Shown: piece after piece, positions 49,090-58,191 of the stretch
Layout of the letters: every line of letters starts with the position of its first letter
Position numbering within the stretch: the first letter of the stretch is position 1
Assembly: GCA_018260615.1 (NCBI GenBank)
Contig: JAGWDQ010000060.1
Span: forward strand, 1,981 to 65,980
Source of the DNA: Candidatus Altarchaeum sp.
GTDB lineage: Archaea > Altiarchaeota > Altiarchaeia > Altiarchaeales > Altiarchaeaceae
Direction: 5' to 3'
Length of the DNA stretch: 64,000 nt
Notes under the pieces: generated by a model
Databases searched by the model: none
Told to the model about the DNA's origin: nothing
What the model saw: the letters and a program-made list of their open reading frames with translations, nothing else
Program-made: the position numbers and the translations under genes

Positions 49090-49869
49090 TTATTTTTCGT
49101 GCTGTAATAATTCAGTCACTTCCTTTGCGTATCTTGCGGTGCAGTTCATTTCTTTTGCAGCATTTAAAATTTTTTCGGATATTGTTTTCAGTTTTTTTTC
49201 TGCTGTTTTGTATTCATCTGAAATTACATCTATTTTATAAACCGGCGCTCCGATATAGGTTATAGTTACATTCTTTGCATCGGCCATTTTAAAAATTTTC
49301 TTTATTCGTTCAACTCCGTCGGCATCGTAACTTTTTAACATAACAAATCCGCTTACTTCAACCTTTTTAGCCTTTACATTTTTGTTTATTAATCCGACTA
49401 AATTTTCCAGCAGTGTATCTTCGCAACTCAAAATTTCTACATTTGTATTATCGCTGGCTATTTTCTCAATTCCTTCATAAATTGTTCCGTATTTATCTTC
49501 AAGCGGTTTTAAAATTTCTCTTATTTTGTCCCCGTTTATTTTCAGTTCATTGCTTACGAACCCGATAAATTTTTCCTCTTTTTGAACTCTCTTGATATCT
49601 TCTGTTTTTGCCTTTCTTTCGGCATCAGAGACACTTCGTAAGGATAAATTTATTGCTCCTCTCTCCCGGTCAACCCTGATTACCTTTAAAACGACCTTTT
49701 GTTCCTCTCTGACATAATCGTGAATATTTTTTATCCACTTAAGCGAAATTTCTTTTAAGGAAAGATAACCTTCCCTGTTATACTCGTCAAGGGTAACATA
49801 TGCCCCCTGGTCAAATGTTTTTTTTATAGTGCATAAAACGAGTTCGCCTTCCTCCGGAAAATTTTCCAT
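49090..49869 (-). CDS. eif2a: Translation initiation factor aIF2 alpha subunit
   Basis: N-terminal S1 domain (PEEGELVLCTIKKTFDQGAYVTLDEY...GYLSLKEIS), a helical domain and a C-terminal alpha-beta domain. 259 aa. Confidence 0.9.
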   Translation of the reverse strand: MENFPEEGELVLCTIKKTFDQGAYVTLDEYNREGYLSLKEISLKWIKNIHDYVREEQKVVLKVIRVDRERGAINLSLRSVSDAERKAKTEDIKRVQKEEKFIGFVSNELKINGDKIREILKPLEDKYGTIYEGIEKIASDNTNVEILSCEDTLLENLVGLINKNVKAKKVEVSGFVMLKSYDADGVERIKKIFKMADAKNVTITYIGAPVYKIDVISDEYKTAEKKLKTISEKILNAAKEMNCTARYAKEVTELLQHEK

Positions 49870-50001
49870 TATGATTATTTTGTAAATTATGGTTCTAATT
49901 ATGATTTATACATAATACTTTTTGTATTATTTTAGTTTTCAAGTAATTTCAGGAATTTTTTAAATAATTCAACTGACTTTAACTTATTAAATTTTAATTC
50001 T

Positions 50002-50226
50002 TTAACCCTCTTCTCTATGGTCAGATACAACATTCCTGTATCCCCACCACTCTGTAAACGGATTATCAGCCCTTTCAACATAAATCTTCTTTAATAATTT
50101 AAAAATTTCCACTAAATTTGACTTTCCGCTTGCATTTGGTCCGACAACAACATTAAATTTTCCTAATTTAATCCTGCACTTTTTCAGCGACTTAAAATTT
50201 TCAACATAAATTTCCCTCAATTCCAT
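50002..50226 (-). pseudogene. N-terminal fragment of an AAA/ABC-type (RecF/OLD-like) ATPase
   Basis: IYVENFKSLK...VVVGPNASGKSNLVE contains a Walker A motif, but the ORF ends after 74 codons. Confidence 0.5.
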
Positions 50227-50235
50227 TTTAAATTT

Positions 50236-51321
50236 TTACTTCTCAACAATCGTCTCATCAACCTTTGTCCCGAAATGCCTCCCTCCTTTTTCAAGATAGC
50301 CAACAACTTCGTCTCCGACCTTTAACTCTGTAATAGAAACCGGCTTTCCATCTTTATCAACTAATCGTATTGTTTCTGCATTCTGAAGTAAAATTTTTAT
50401 TGTCCTTTCTTCAGTCAAACCATTTTCTTCTATCTTTCCAACCGCTTCAACCAGCATTAACGGCCTGCTTTCAATCTTTGACCTTACAACATACGCTTTT
50501 CGGGTATTTCCATTCAGGTCAACAACCAGCATCTCATCACCCGCACTTACTTCGCTTAAATATTTTGTTTTTCCGCCGGGACATAAAATGTATGAGCCGA
50601 CTGCACCCGCATTTACCCTGAAAGGTCTTGAATTTACATATTCCGATTCAAGTGTTTCGCTGTGAATCAAAAACAATCCGTTACTTTGCGAACCAATAAG
50701 CATTCCCTCTCCGACTTTGAGCATTGATGCCGTATCAATACATACCCTGTCACCCATATCTAATTTCTTTATATTTTTAATCTTTACAAGAGTTAAAGGC
50801 ATTGCTGCGGTTGTTTTGTATGTTTCGTTTACATAGTCAGCGATTTTTTTAATTTCATTTATATCAAGGGTATTTATTGCTATTCCGTCGCATCCCTTTT
50901 CAAGAGTGCGTAAAGCAGTCATTGCGTCATCAAAATTTCCAACTTCAACTATTATTCCGCTCTTAATCTCCGAAATTAAATTTTCCAGCGGAATAACCTT
51001 CCAGTTACTTGTTTCAATCAAAAAATATTCGGCAAAATTTTTCATAAATACAACTTCTCTTTCGTCATCCTTATTTTCTATCCTTTTGTAAAATGCCCTC
51101 TTTTTATCCAGCCGCTTCAAAATTTCCGCATCCGATGTAAGCACATAATCGGAGTTTAAATTTTCCGAAATCACATTTATTTTTCCTAATTTTCTTATCT
51201 TTTCCAGGTCATCCGAATCGCCAATAATTCCGTCAAAATTTTTCTCAATTGCGTAAGTTATGTATCTCTTCTTTACATCCCATTCAATGCCCCTTAAATC
51301 TATAAAAATTTGCTTGGTCAT
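50236..51321 (-). CDS. 3-dehydroquinate synthase II (archaeal type)
   Basis: 361 aa. Overall similarity to the archaeal AroB-prime family, with a TIM-barrel-like N-terminal half and the C-terminal GDEVVGYLEKGGRHFG. Confidence 0.85.
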   Translation of the reverse strand: MTKQIFIDLRGIEWDVKKRYITYAIEKNFDGIIGDSDDLEKIRKLGKINVISENLNSDYVLTSDAEILKRLDKKRAFYKRIENKDDEREVVFMKNFAEYFLIETSNWKVIPLENLISEIKSGIIVEVGNFDDAMTALRTLEKGCDGIAINTLDINEIKKIADYVNETYKTTAAMPLTLVKIKNIKKLDMGDRVCIDTASMLKVGEGMLIGSQSNGLFLIHSETLESEYVNSRPFRVNAGAVGSYILCPGGKTKYLSEVSAGDEMLVVDLNGNTRKAYVVRSKIESRPLMLVEAVGKIEENGLTEERTIKILLQNAETIRLVDKDGKPVSITELKVGDEVVGYLEKGGRHFGTKVDETIVEK

Positions 51322-51381
51322 TTTAAAATTTATTAAAATTTGGTTAAATTTAAGTTAAAATTTAAATTAGAAGACAAAATT

Positions 51382-53736
51382 TCAAAAGTGCTTCTTACAA
51401 ACATAAGTTAATTTTCCCGGATCACCCTGCACCTCTTCGGGAAAGTATATTGCATTTATTTCATTCATATCAACAAAAACATCATCTCCTTTTTCTTTGC
51501 TACACATATCACATCTGATTTTGAGATCTGGCAATAAAATTTTCATTCCTATATCACCGGGAATACATCTTTTTGTTCTCCTGTCTTTAACAACGCCTTC
51601 AATTGCTTTTGATATATCTACTCTTAAACTTCCAAGTTCTTCCCCGAATTCCGAAATAACTGCAAGTTTTGGAGACGCATCTTTGATAATTTTCGTTGTT
51701 CCTATCAGGCCAAGGTGATTTTTATAAAGCCGTTCATTTAAATTTAAATTCAGGTCAAATTCTTTCTCCTTTATTGAACCGATATGTGCAATTAAAATAT
51801 CACTGTCCTTAAATTGTGCCCCTATTTCGCCAGTATAGCCGGTATCTACTGTCATTCCCAGCCGAAATTTTTTCTTATTATTTTCTATAAGGTCAAATAT
51901 TAGTCCTACTGAATATTCATCCCCCCACAACTCCCTGTGTTTTGCCTTTGTCGGCGTAAGAACAAAACCGTATTTCCCGCTCATGTCAACAGGAATTCCG
52001 GGCTGGATTATATAAATTTTTCTTACCGCCGACTTATCAAGGGACAGCAAATTCGCAAATTTATTCAGCGATGAAAAATTTAAAAACAAATCAATTTGTT
52101 TCTTTTCCTCCGGCGGAAGATTATCATTACGTTCAAAAATCAGAGTCATTAACGATTCAAAATCACTCGTATGGTCAAGGTGGCTGTGAGAAATGAATAT
52201 TGCATCTATATCCGAAATGTTGAACCCGTTCGCAAAAAAATTTTCTATAAAGTTAAATCCCGGGTCTATAACAAATCCCTGCCCGTTCCATGACAGAAAA
52301 TAACCGCCTCCTTTCCTTCGTTCAATATCAGACGACAGTGCAGGAGTGTAAGAATTCCACCTTCTTAAAACAACTACGAAATTTTGGGTCTTTGTTATTG
52401 TCTTTTTTGCAGAAACAAAATTTTTAAATTTGCCTTCTTTTTCGTTAATGTAGCGGAATAACCGCTCTTTTCTGTCCCTCAAATCCTCAACAATTACCTC
52501 AATAACATTTTCTTCCGCACTTCTTACTGTCTCGTTATCTTTGCCCCCGATATTTTGTATCCACCAGTTTGCATCAATTGCCCGTGAATAATTTGTCTTT
52601 TCATAAAATTCAAGTGATTTTTTAAAATTCTCAATTGCCCCGGTTAAATTTCCAATATTTCTTAATGCCACCCCCATGTCAAAATACGCATCGGCAAAAT
52701 TTTTATCTATTTCTATACATTTTGTAAATTCTTCCTTTGCGGCAGGGTAGTATTTTAACTCATTATATATAAATCCGAGAACATAATGCGCAAATAAAAA
52801 ATTTTCCTCCCTTTTTATTGCTTCTTTTAAGAAGTCAATCGCATCTTTTTTTTCTTTATATATTTTTAGCCGGTTGTTCTCTTCTTCTAAAAGGTACTCG
52901 TATGTCTTATGATCGGCGGTCTTTAGAGTCACTTTCTTTTTTGTTTTGTTAAGTTTGAATACGAGCGAGTTGCTATCGTTCATGATATTTATTGTCCGGT
53001 TATTATTGTCTTTACTGATTGCCGCATTTTTGTATATTTTGAGCTTGCCTTCCTCTTCTTTTAGAATAAGGATATATTCATAAATTTTTCCGCCCGTAAT
53101 TTCCAAACTTACCTTCTTTTTTGCTTTGTCAGCCCTTAACAGGAGTGAATTATTTCCATTTGTAACAGTTATTGTTTCATTATTATCACTTTTTTTGATT
53201 GTCGTACTCCCGAGCTCGTTTTTGGAGTCCTTGAACAAAGTAGGTTGATTTTCTATCCAGTCCGTTTTTAAGTCGTCCTTCAAAAATTTTATGAATTCCG
53301 CATTGTTTTCAGGAACATCCTCCCAGCAAAACAAATACTCCTCCACCCGGTCCGTTTTTAAGTCGTCCTTCAAAAATTTTATGAATTCCGCATTGTTTTC
53401 AGGAACATCCTCCCAGCAAAACAAATACTCCTCCACCCGGTCCGTTTTTAAGTCGTCCTTCAAAAATTTTATGAATTCCGCATTGTTTTCAGGAACATCC
53501 TCCCAGCAAAACAAATACTTGTCTTTCTTAGTGTCTGCACAATAATTAAGAACACCTTTAAAAAAATCTATATCTGCATTCTCTTTAGCACTTTCGGCCA
53601 TAAGAATTCCTTCCATGCAAAGTTTTTCAATACCTTTAATATCCTTATGGTCTTTATATTCTTTTGCCTGTAATTTGGCTATGGCTTTTTTTTCTAATTC
53701 AATAAGATTACTGTCTTTAAATGGATTAATTGGCAT
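51382..53736 (-). CDS. Multidomain protein: TPR, 3 x 30-aa perfect repeats, 2 x about 58-aa beta-rich modules, TPR, MBL-fold hydrolase and a C-terminal zinc ribbon
   Basis: The repeat is YLFCWEDVPENNAEFIKFLKDDLKTDRVEE x3. The MBL motif is ISHSHLDH. The C-terminal cysteine pair is CDMC...CKKH. Confidence 0.75.
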   Translation of the reverse strand: MPINPFKDSNLIELEKKAIAKLQAKEYKDHKDIKGIEKLCMEGILMAESAKENADIDFFKGVLNYCADTKKDKYLFCWEDVPENNAEFIKFLKDDLKTDRVEEYLFCWEDVPENNAEFIKFLKDDLKTDRVEEYLFCWEDVPENNAEFIKFLKDDLKTDWIENQPTLFKDSKNELGSTTIKKSDNNETITVTNGNNSLLLRADKAKKKVSLEITGGKIYEYILILKEEEGKLKIYKNAAISKDNNNRTINIMNDSNSLVFKLNKTKKKVTLKTADHKTYEYLLEEENNRLKIYKEKKDAIDFLKEAIKREENFLFAHYVLGFIYNELKYYPAAKEEFTKCIEIDKNFADAYFDMGVALRNIGNLTGAIENFKKSLEFYEKTNYSRAIDANWWIQNIGGKDNETVRSAEENVIEVIVEDLRDRKERLFRYINEKEGKFKNFVSAKKTITKTQNFVVVLRRWNSYTPALSSDIERRKGGGYFLSWNGQGFVIDPGFNFIENFFANGFNISDIDAIFISHSHLDHTSDFESLMTLIFERNDNLPPEEKKQIDLFLNFSSLNKFANLLSLDKSAVRKIYIIQPGIPVDMSGKYGFVLTPTKAKHRELWGDEYSVGLIFDLIENNKKKFRLGMTVDTGYTGEIGAQFKDSDILIAHIGSIKEKEFDLNLNLNERLYKNHLGLIGTTKIIKDASPKLAVISEFGEELGSLRVDISKAIEGVVKDRRTKRCIPGDIGMKILLPDLKIRCDMCSKEKGDDVFVDMNEINAIYFPEEVQGDPGKLTYVCKKHF
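53261..53520. repeat. Perfect intragenic tandem repeat, 90-bp unit x about 2.9
   Basis: tccgtttttaagtcgtcctt recurs at 53261, 53351 and 53441, and the units look identical by eye. Confidence 0.9.
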
Positions 53737-53868
53737 TTGGAAATTTATTTAAAAATTTAAAAATTTTTGTTTAAAAATAAATTAATATTTAGTAAAAAAA
53801 TTATAATTATTATGTATAAAAATTTAACAAAATAAAAAATTTATCCGTTTAAATTTAAATCTGTCTAA

Positions 53869-54039
53869 ATGGCGAAATTACGAAAAATGGGGAGGGAGGG
53901 ACCACCAGGTGTTGCCGGACTTGTCCGATATTTTGATGTTGATGAAGGAGGACCAAAGTTAGAGCCAATGCTTATTATAGGGGTAATTGTGGTTATTATA
54001 GTTGTGGAGGTGGCATTGGGGACATTGCTGAAGGTTTAA
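53869..54039 (+). CDS. secG: Preprotein translocase subunit Sec61-beta (SecG), 56 aa, not in the supplied ORF track
   Basis: My translation is MAKLRKMGREGPPGVAGLVRYFDVDEGGPKLEPMLIIGVIVVIIVVEVALGTLLKV*. The AGLVRYFDE...GPK motif plus a single C-terminal TM helix is characteristic. Confidence 0.8.
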   Translation: MAKLRKMGREGPPGVAGLVRYFDVDEGGPKLEPMLIIGVIVVIIVVEVALGTLLKV

Positions 54040-54055
54040 AAAAATCAGAAGAATA

Positions 54056-54204
54056 CTCACACAAAGCCACAAAGTCACCAAGTTACAGAATATAACTTCT
54101 TTGTGTCTCGGTGCGATTTTCAAAACGCAGAGTTTTGAAAATATCCGAGCAACAGCGAGGTTAGAGACCAAAAATAAAACGAACTTTCCTGTACTATAAA
54201 AAAT
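54056..54204 (+). repeat. Repeat family R1, copy b, with a hairpin-plus-tail unit nested inside
   Basis: The R1 left half runs up to cggtg. Then comes cgattttcaaaacgcagagttttgaaaatatccgagcaacagcgaggtt (about 54113-54162). The R1 right part, ataaaacgaactttcctgtactataaaaaat, follows. Confidence 0.8.
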
Positions 54205-54418
54205 TTTGACATTTTTTCACTTTTGAATTTGTGATATTCTACCTTCCCCGATTTTAAAAATTAATAACAAATTTGGAAATATATTTTAGGTAAGCAATGC
54301 GACTGGCGGACTAATTGAAAATTCAAAGCCACCCCTGCTCAAATGCCGCCCTTTAAAAAGAGGGTGATGGTTTTAACTACCTCCAACCTGAATTCCTATT
54401 TGCCGTCAAAAAGGAGTT

Positions 54419-55393
54419 TCATTTGCAAATAGAAACAATCTTTTTAGTAAGTGTTTCAAAATCATCATAACATTTTTGAACAGCATATAAATGCATGCCG
54501 ATTGCTCCATCTGCCTGCCTGAGCATAAACATGGGCTTATGAGTTTCCATTGACATTGGTGCCAAGCTGTGATAATGCTTTAATAATCCTATACAATTAT
54601 TGTCTTCTTCAACTGTTTGAGATGACGGTTGATTGTTGTTTAAAACATATCTAGAATAAAAATATGGAATCCTATTTGCCCATTTTAAATATGATTGTAC
54701 AGGTCTGCTTTGTTTTGCCGTATATTGCATAATAATATATCCCGCAGGCGATGCTTTCCCTTTCGGAATTTCAAAATTTGATGATTGTGGCTTTCTGTCA
54801 ATTCTGTCTTGCCAGTCCTTTTTCCATGTGTTTAATGTTATGCCAAGGTTTTTTATCCCCTGAAGTGAAAACAAATCAGATGCTACGGGCATTATTATAT
54901 AATCGGAACTTATCGTAACCGCTCTGTTTATTGCCCCTAAATTCGGACCTACATCAATTAGAATTACTTCTGCATTTTGCTGTCTGGCAGCATCATTTAT
55001 AATTGTATTAAAAATGCCCGTAATCTTAAATGAATAAATATCACTCCCCAAACACTCTAACCACGCTTTACTTAATTTGTCTTCAAATGTTGATAAGGAT
55101 AAATTGCCAATAATTAAACCGAGATTTTCAGTAATCTGTTCAACATGTACGGGAATGTAAGGGTCACCCGATACTACCGGAGTTATTGACTCTAAAACAG
55201 TTAGCTTTGATTCATTTTCATATATCTCTTCAAGTCGTTCTTCATTAAGAAACATGGATGTAAGATTTGATTGCGGGTCTAAATCTACGGCAACTGTTTT
55301 TACCCCCAATTGCGACAACATCCATGCAACATGATATACGGTTGTAGTTTTACCCACTCCACCTTTGTTATTAAAAAAAGTTATTGTTCTCAT
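54419..55393 (-). CDS. ParA/Soj-family ATPase (orphan)
   Basis: Deviant Walker A NNKGGVGKTT and DLDPQSN. 324 aa with a C-terminal extension. No parB-like gene is adjacent. Confidence 0.85.
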   Translation of the reverse strand: MRTITFFNNKGGVGKTTTVYHVAWMLSQLGVKTVAVDLDPQSNLTSMFLNEERLEEIYENESKLTVLESITPVVSGDPYIPVHVEQITENLGLIIGNLSLSTFEDKLSKAWLECLGSDIYSFKITGIFNTIINDAARQQNAEVILIDVGPNLGAINRAVTISSDYIIMPVASDLFSLQGIKNLGITLNTWKKDWQDRIDRKPQSSNFEIPKGKASPAGYIIMQYTAKQSRPVQSYLKWANRIPYFYSRYVLNNNQPSSQTVEEDNNCIGLLKHYHSLAPMSMETHKPMFMLRQADGAIGMHLYAVQKCYDDFETLTKKIVSICK

Positions 55394-55417
55394 ATTACCA
55401 CTCTTTATTTATTAGAA

Positions 55418-55523
55418 TTGGTAATTACTCAGCCATCCTAAAAAATTACAGGTAAATTTTTGATTTTTTGTATTTTTTTTGAAATTTTCGCAGGTAAATT
55501 TCTTGCCCCTGAGTAGTTACCAA
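55418..55523. repeat. MITE-like repeat family R3, copy b (TIR ttggtaattactcag / ctgagtagttaccaa)
   Basis: Matches 41115-41218. The 15-bp imperfect TIRs are visible. Confidence 0.8.
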
Positions 55524-55605
55524 AAATTTTAAAATATTGAATTAATCTGTTTGATTAATATTTAATCATTATGTAATTGGAAGATTGAAAACAATGTTTT
55601 TCTTT

Positions 55606-57288
55606 TTATTTCTTTTCAATCATTTCAAATAATTTCCCTCCCGGCCTCACCATAGGAAGAATATGCTCTTCTCTGTCAACAGCAACATCTATTATTGTCG
55701 GCTTTCCACACTCCATTGCATCCTTAAAAGCAGGTCTTATTTCATCCGGTTTTTCAACCCTGATTCCTTTTGCGCTGAATGCCTCTGCAAATTTCACAAA
55801 GTCAGGAACCTCTCCGAGATAAGTTGCAGAATATCTTTTATCATAAAACAAATTTTGCCACTGCTTTACCATTCCAAGCCATCTGTTATCAAGCAATAAA
55901 ACAACAACGGGAATTTTTTCAACAACACATGTTGCCAAATCCTGACAAGTCATTAAAAAAGAACCCTCGCTTCCGACATCTATCACATTACATTCGGGTC
56001 TTGCAACCTTTGCACCGATAGATGCGGGAAATCCGAATCCCATCGTTCCCAAGCCCCCTGAACTTATGAACTGTCTCGGATTTTTAACATTCAGATAATG
56101 CGCCGCCCACATCTGACACTGGCCAACTTCTGTGACAATTATTGTTTTATCATCAATTAATTCATTTAATTCCTTCATAACCCTTTGCTGTTTTACCGGA
56201 ACATTGTCATAGTCATAAAAAGGAGCATATTCCTGCTTATATTTCTTTACTTTTTCGCTCCATGCATATTTCTCTTTACTTTTTAACTTACCGACAACTT
56301 CCGTAATCTTTTGCAATACATTTTTTGCATCGCCGACTATTGGCACATCCGCTCTTACATTTTTGCCTATTTCTGCTGCGTCAATGTCCGCATGAATAAT
56401 CTTTGCATAAGGAGCAAAGGACTTAATATCTCCGGTAACCCTGTCACTGAATCGGCATCCGACGGCAAATAAAACATCGCACTCGCTGATTAAGTAATTT
56501 GCCGCCTTTCTTCCGTGCATTCCAACCATTCCCAAAGCAAGAGGATGTGTTTCAGGAATTGCTCCCTTCCCCATTAATGTTGTTGCTATCGGAATATTAA
56601 GCGATTCGGCAAATCGTATTAATTCGGATGATGCATTTGATGATATGACTCCTCCTCCGGCGAGAATTAAAGGCATTTCCGCATTCAAAAGCAATTCCGA
56701 GGCGGCTTTTACGGGACCGGGATGAATTTCTGATTTTATATCTTTATAACCTCGCAAATCAACATCATTCGGATAAAGAAATTTATTTGTTAGTTCCTTT
56801 CTTTGCATATCTTTTGGAAAGTCAATTAAAACAGGACCCTGTCTTCTCGTTGATGCAATTTTAAAAGCCGACTTCACAACAGTTGGAATTGTCTCAGGAT
56901 CTCTTATCTGAAAATTATGTTTTGATATTGGCATTGTGATTCCCATGATGTCGGCTTCCTGAAAAGCATCCTTCCCTATCATATATGTCGGAACCTGCCC
57001 GGTTACTGCAACAACAGGTACGGAGTCCAGAAATGCGTCTGCAATTCCCGTAACTAAATTTGTTCCTCCGGGTCCGGATGTGGCAAAACAAACACCTGTC
57101 TTTCCGGATGCCCGTGCATAACCCTCTGCTGCGTGTGCGGCAACCTGCTCGTGCCTGACTAAAATATGCCTTATATTTGAGTCCAGAATTTTGTCATAAA
57201 CATCCAAAATTGACCCGCCCAATATTCCAAATATATTTTTAACTCCTTCACTTTCAAGTGATTTTATAAGTGCTTCCGCTCCATTCAT
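55606..57288 (-). CDS. ilvB: Acetolactate synthase large (catalytic) subunit
   Basis: 560-aa ThDP enzyme with GILGGSILDVYD, the TPP-binding motif GLGTMGFGFPASIGA...DG and the N-terminal MNGAEALIKSLE. Confidence 0.93.
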   Translation of the reverse strand: MNGAEALIKSLESEGVKNIFGILGGSILDVYDKILDSNIRHILVRHEQVAAHAAEGYARASGKTGVCFATSGPGGTNLVTGIADAFLDSVPVVAVTGQVPTYMIGKDAFQEADIMGITMPISKHNFQIRDPETIPTVVKSAFKIASTRRQGPVLIDFPKDMQRKELTNKFLYPNDVDLRGYKDIKSEIHPGPVKAASELLLNAEMPLILAGGGVISSNASSELIRFAESLNIPIATTLMGKGAIPETHPLALGMVGMHGRKAANYLISECDVLFAVGCRFSDRVTGDIKSFAPYAKIIHADIDAAEIGKNVRADVPIVGDAKNVLQKITEVVGKLKSKEKYAWSEKVKKYKQEYAPFYDYDNVPVKQQRVMKELNELIDDKTIIVTEVGQCQMWAAHYLNVKNPRQFISSGGLGTMGFGFPASIGAKVARPECNVIDVGSEGSFLMTCQDLATCVVEKIPVVVLLLDNRWLGMVKQWQNLFYDKRYSATYLGEVPDFVKFAEAFSAKGIRVEKPDEIRPAFKDAMECGKPTIIDVAVDREEHILPMVRPGGKLFEMIEKK

Positions 57289-57402
57289 TTTATGTTTGGT
57301 TATTTTAAATTTTCTTATTTTATAGATTTCTAATTAGGATTATAAATTTTCAATTATAATTAAAATTTTGAATAAAAAACTAAATTTATAAAAAACTTAA
57401 AA

Positions 57403-58185
57403 ATGTTAAATTTAGGTATCATCGGATGCGGAAATATCGGGAGAACGATAATTAGGGCAATTTACGAAGGAAAGATTGACTGCAAAGTTATCGGTGTTTT
57501 TGATGCAAATAAAGACGGATATAATGCACTTTCAGACGAAATAAAAAGGCAGCTCAAATTTTTTGATGACTTTGATAAATTTATTAAAGAGGATGCAAAT
57601 TTAATATTAGAGGCGGCATCACAGCAGGCGGTAAAGGAGTATGCGGTTAATGTCCTGAATCACGATAAAAATTTAATGCTCATGAGTGTTGGGGCATTGG
57701 TTGACAAAAATTTATCTGATGAAATAAGGCGAATTGCAAAAACAAAAAATTTAAAAATTTACATTCCGTCGGGAGCAGTTGTAGGCATTGACGGAGTTAA
57801 GGCGGCGATGCTCGGAGGTATTGAAAGCGTCACGCTTACAACAAGAAAAAACCCGAAAGGTTTAGGAGTTACCGCAGACAATGAAAAAATTTTGTTTGAC
57901 GGGAATACGAATGAAGCAGTTGTTAAATTTCCGAAAAATATCAATGTAGCGGCAACTTTGAGTTTGGCGGGAATCGGATTTGAAAAAACAAAGGTTAAGA
58001 TTATTGCAAACCCGAATGTTAGTGAAAACATCCACGAGATTCGTATCAAGGGAAATTTCGGGGAAATTTTAACAGTTGCAAGAAATTTACCTTCTCCGGA
58101 TAATCCGAAGACATCTTATCTTGCTTCACTGGCGGCGATGGCGTGCCTTAAACGGATAACGTCTGAAATTGAGATTGGGACATAA
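57403..58185 (+). CDS. nadX: L-aspartate dehydrogenase
   Basis: GIIGCGNIG, IPSGAVVGIDG and NPKTSYLASLAA. 260 aa. Confidence 0.88.
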   Translation: MLNLGIIGCGNIGRTIIRAIYEGKIDCKVIGVFDANKDGYNALSDEIKRQLKFFDDFDKFIKEDANLILEAASQQAVKEYAVNVLNHDKNLMLMSVGALVDKNLSDEIRRIAKTKNLKIYIPSGAVVGIDGVKAAMLGGIESVTLTTRKNPKGLGVTADNEKILFDGNTNEAVVKFPKNINVAATLSLAGIGFEKTKVKIIANPNVSENIHEIRIKGNFGEILTVARNLPSPDNPKTSYLASLAAMACLKRITSEIEIGT

Positions 58186-58191
58186 AAAATG

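Noticed and set aside
53959-54171. 70-aa minus-strand ORF in the track.
   Set aside because: It overlaps the well-supported Sec61-beta gene on the other strand and runs through repeat R1. No motif is present.
54290-54418. GC-richer patch downstream of parA (…gccacccctgctcaaatgccgccctttaaaaagagggtgatgg…), considered as a C/D-box sRNA or other ncRNA.
   Set aside because: Only an imperfect C-box-like GTGATGG and a CTGA about 25 nt apart are visible. There are no C'/D' boxes and no terminal stem, so the evidence is insufficient.
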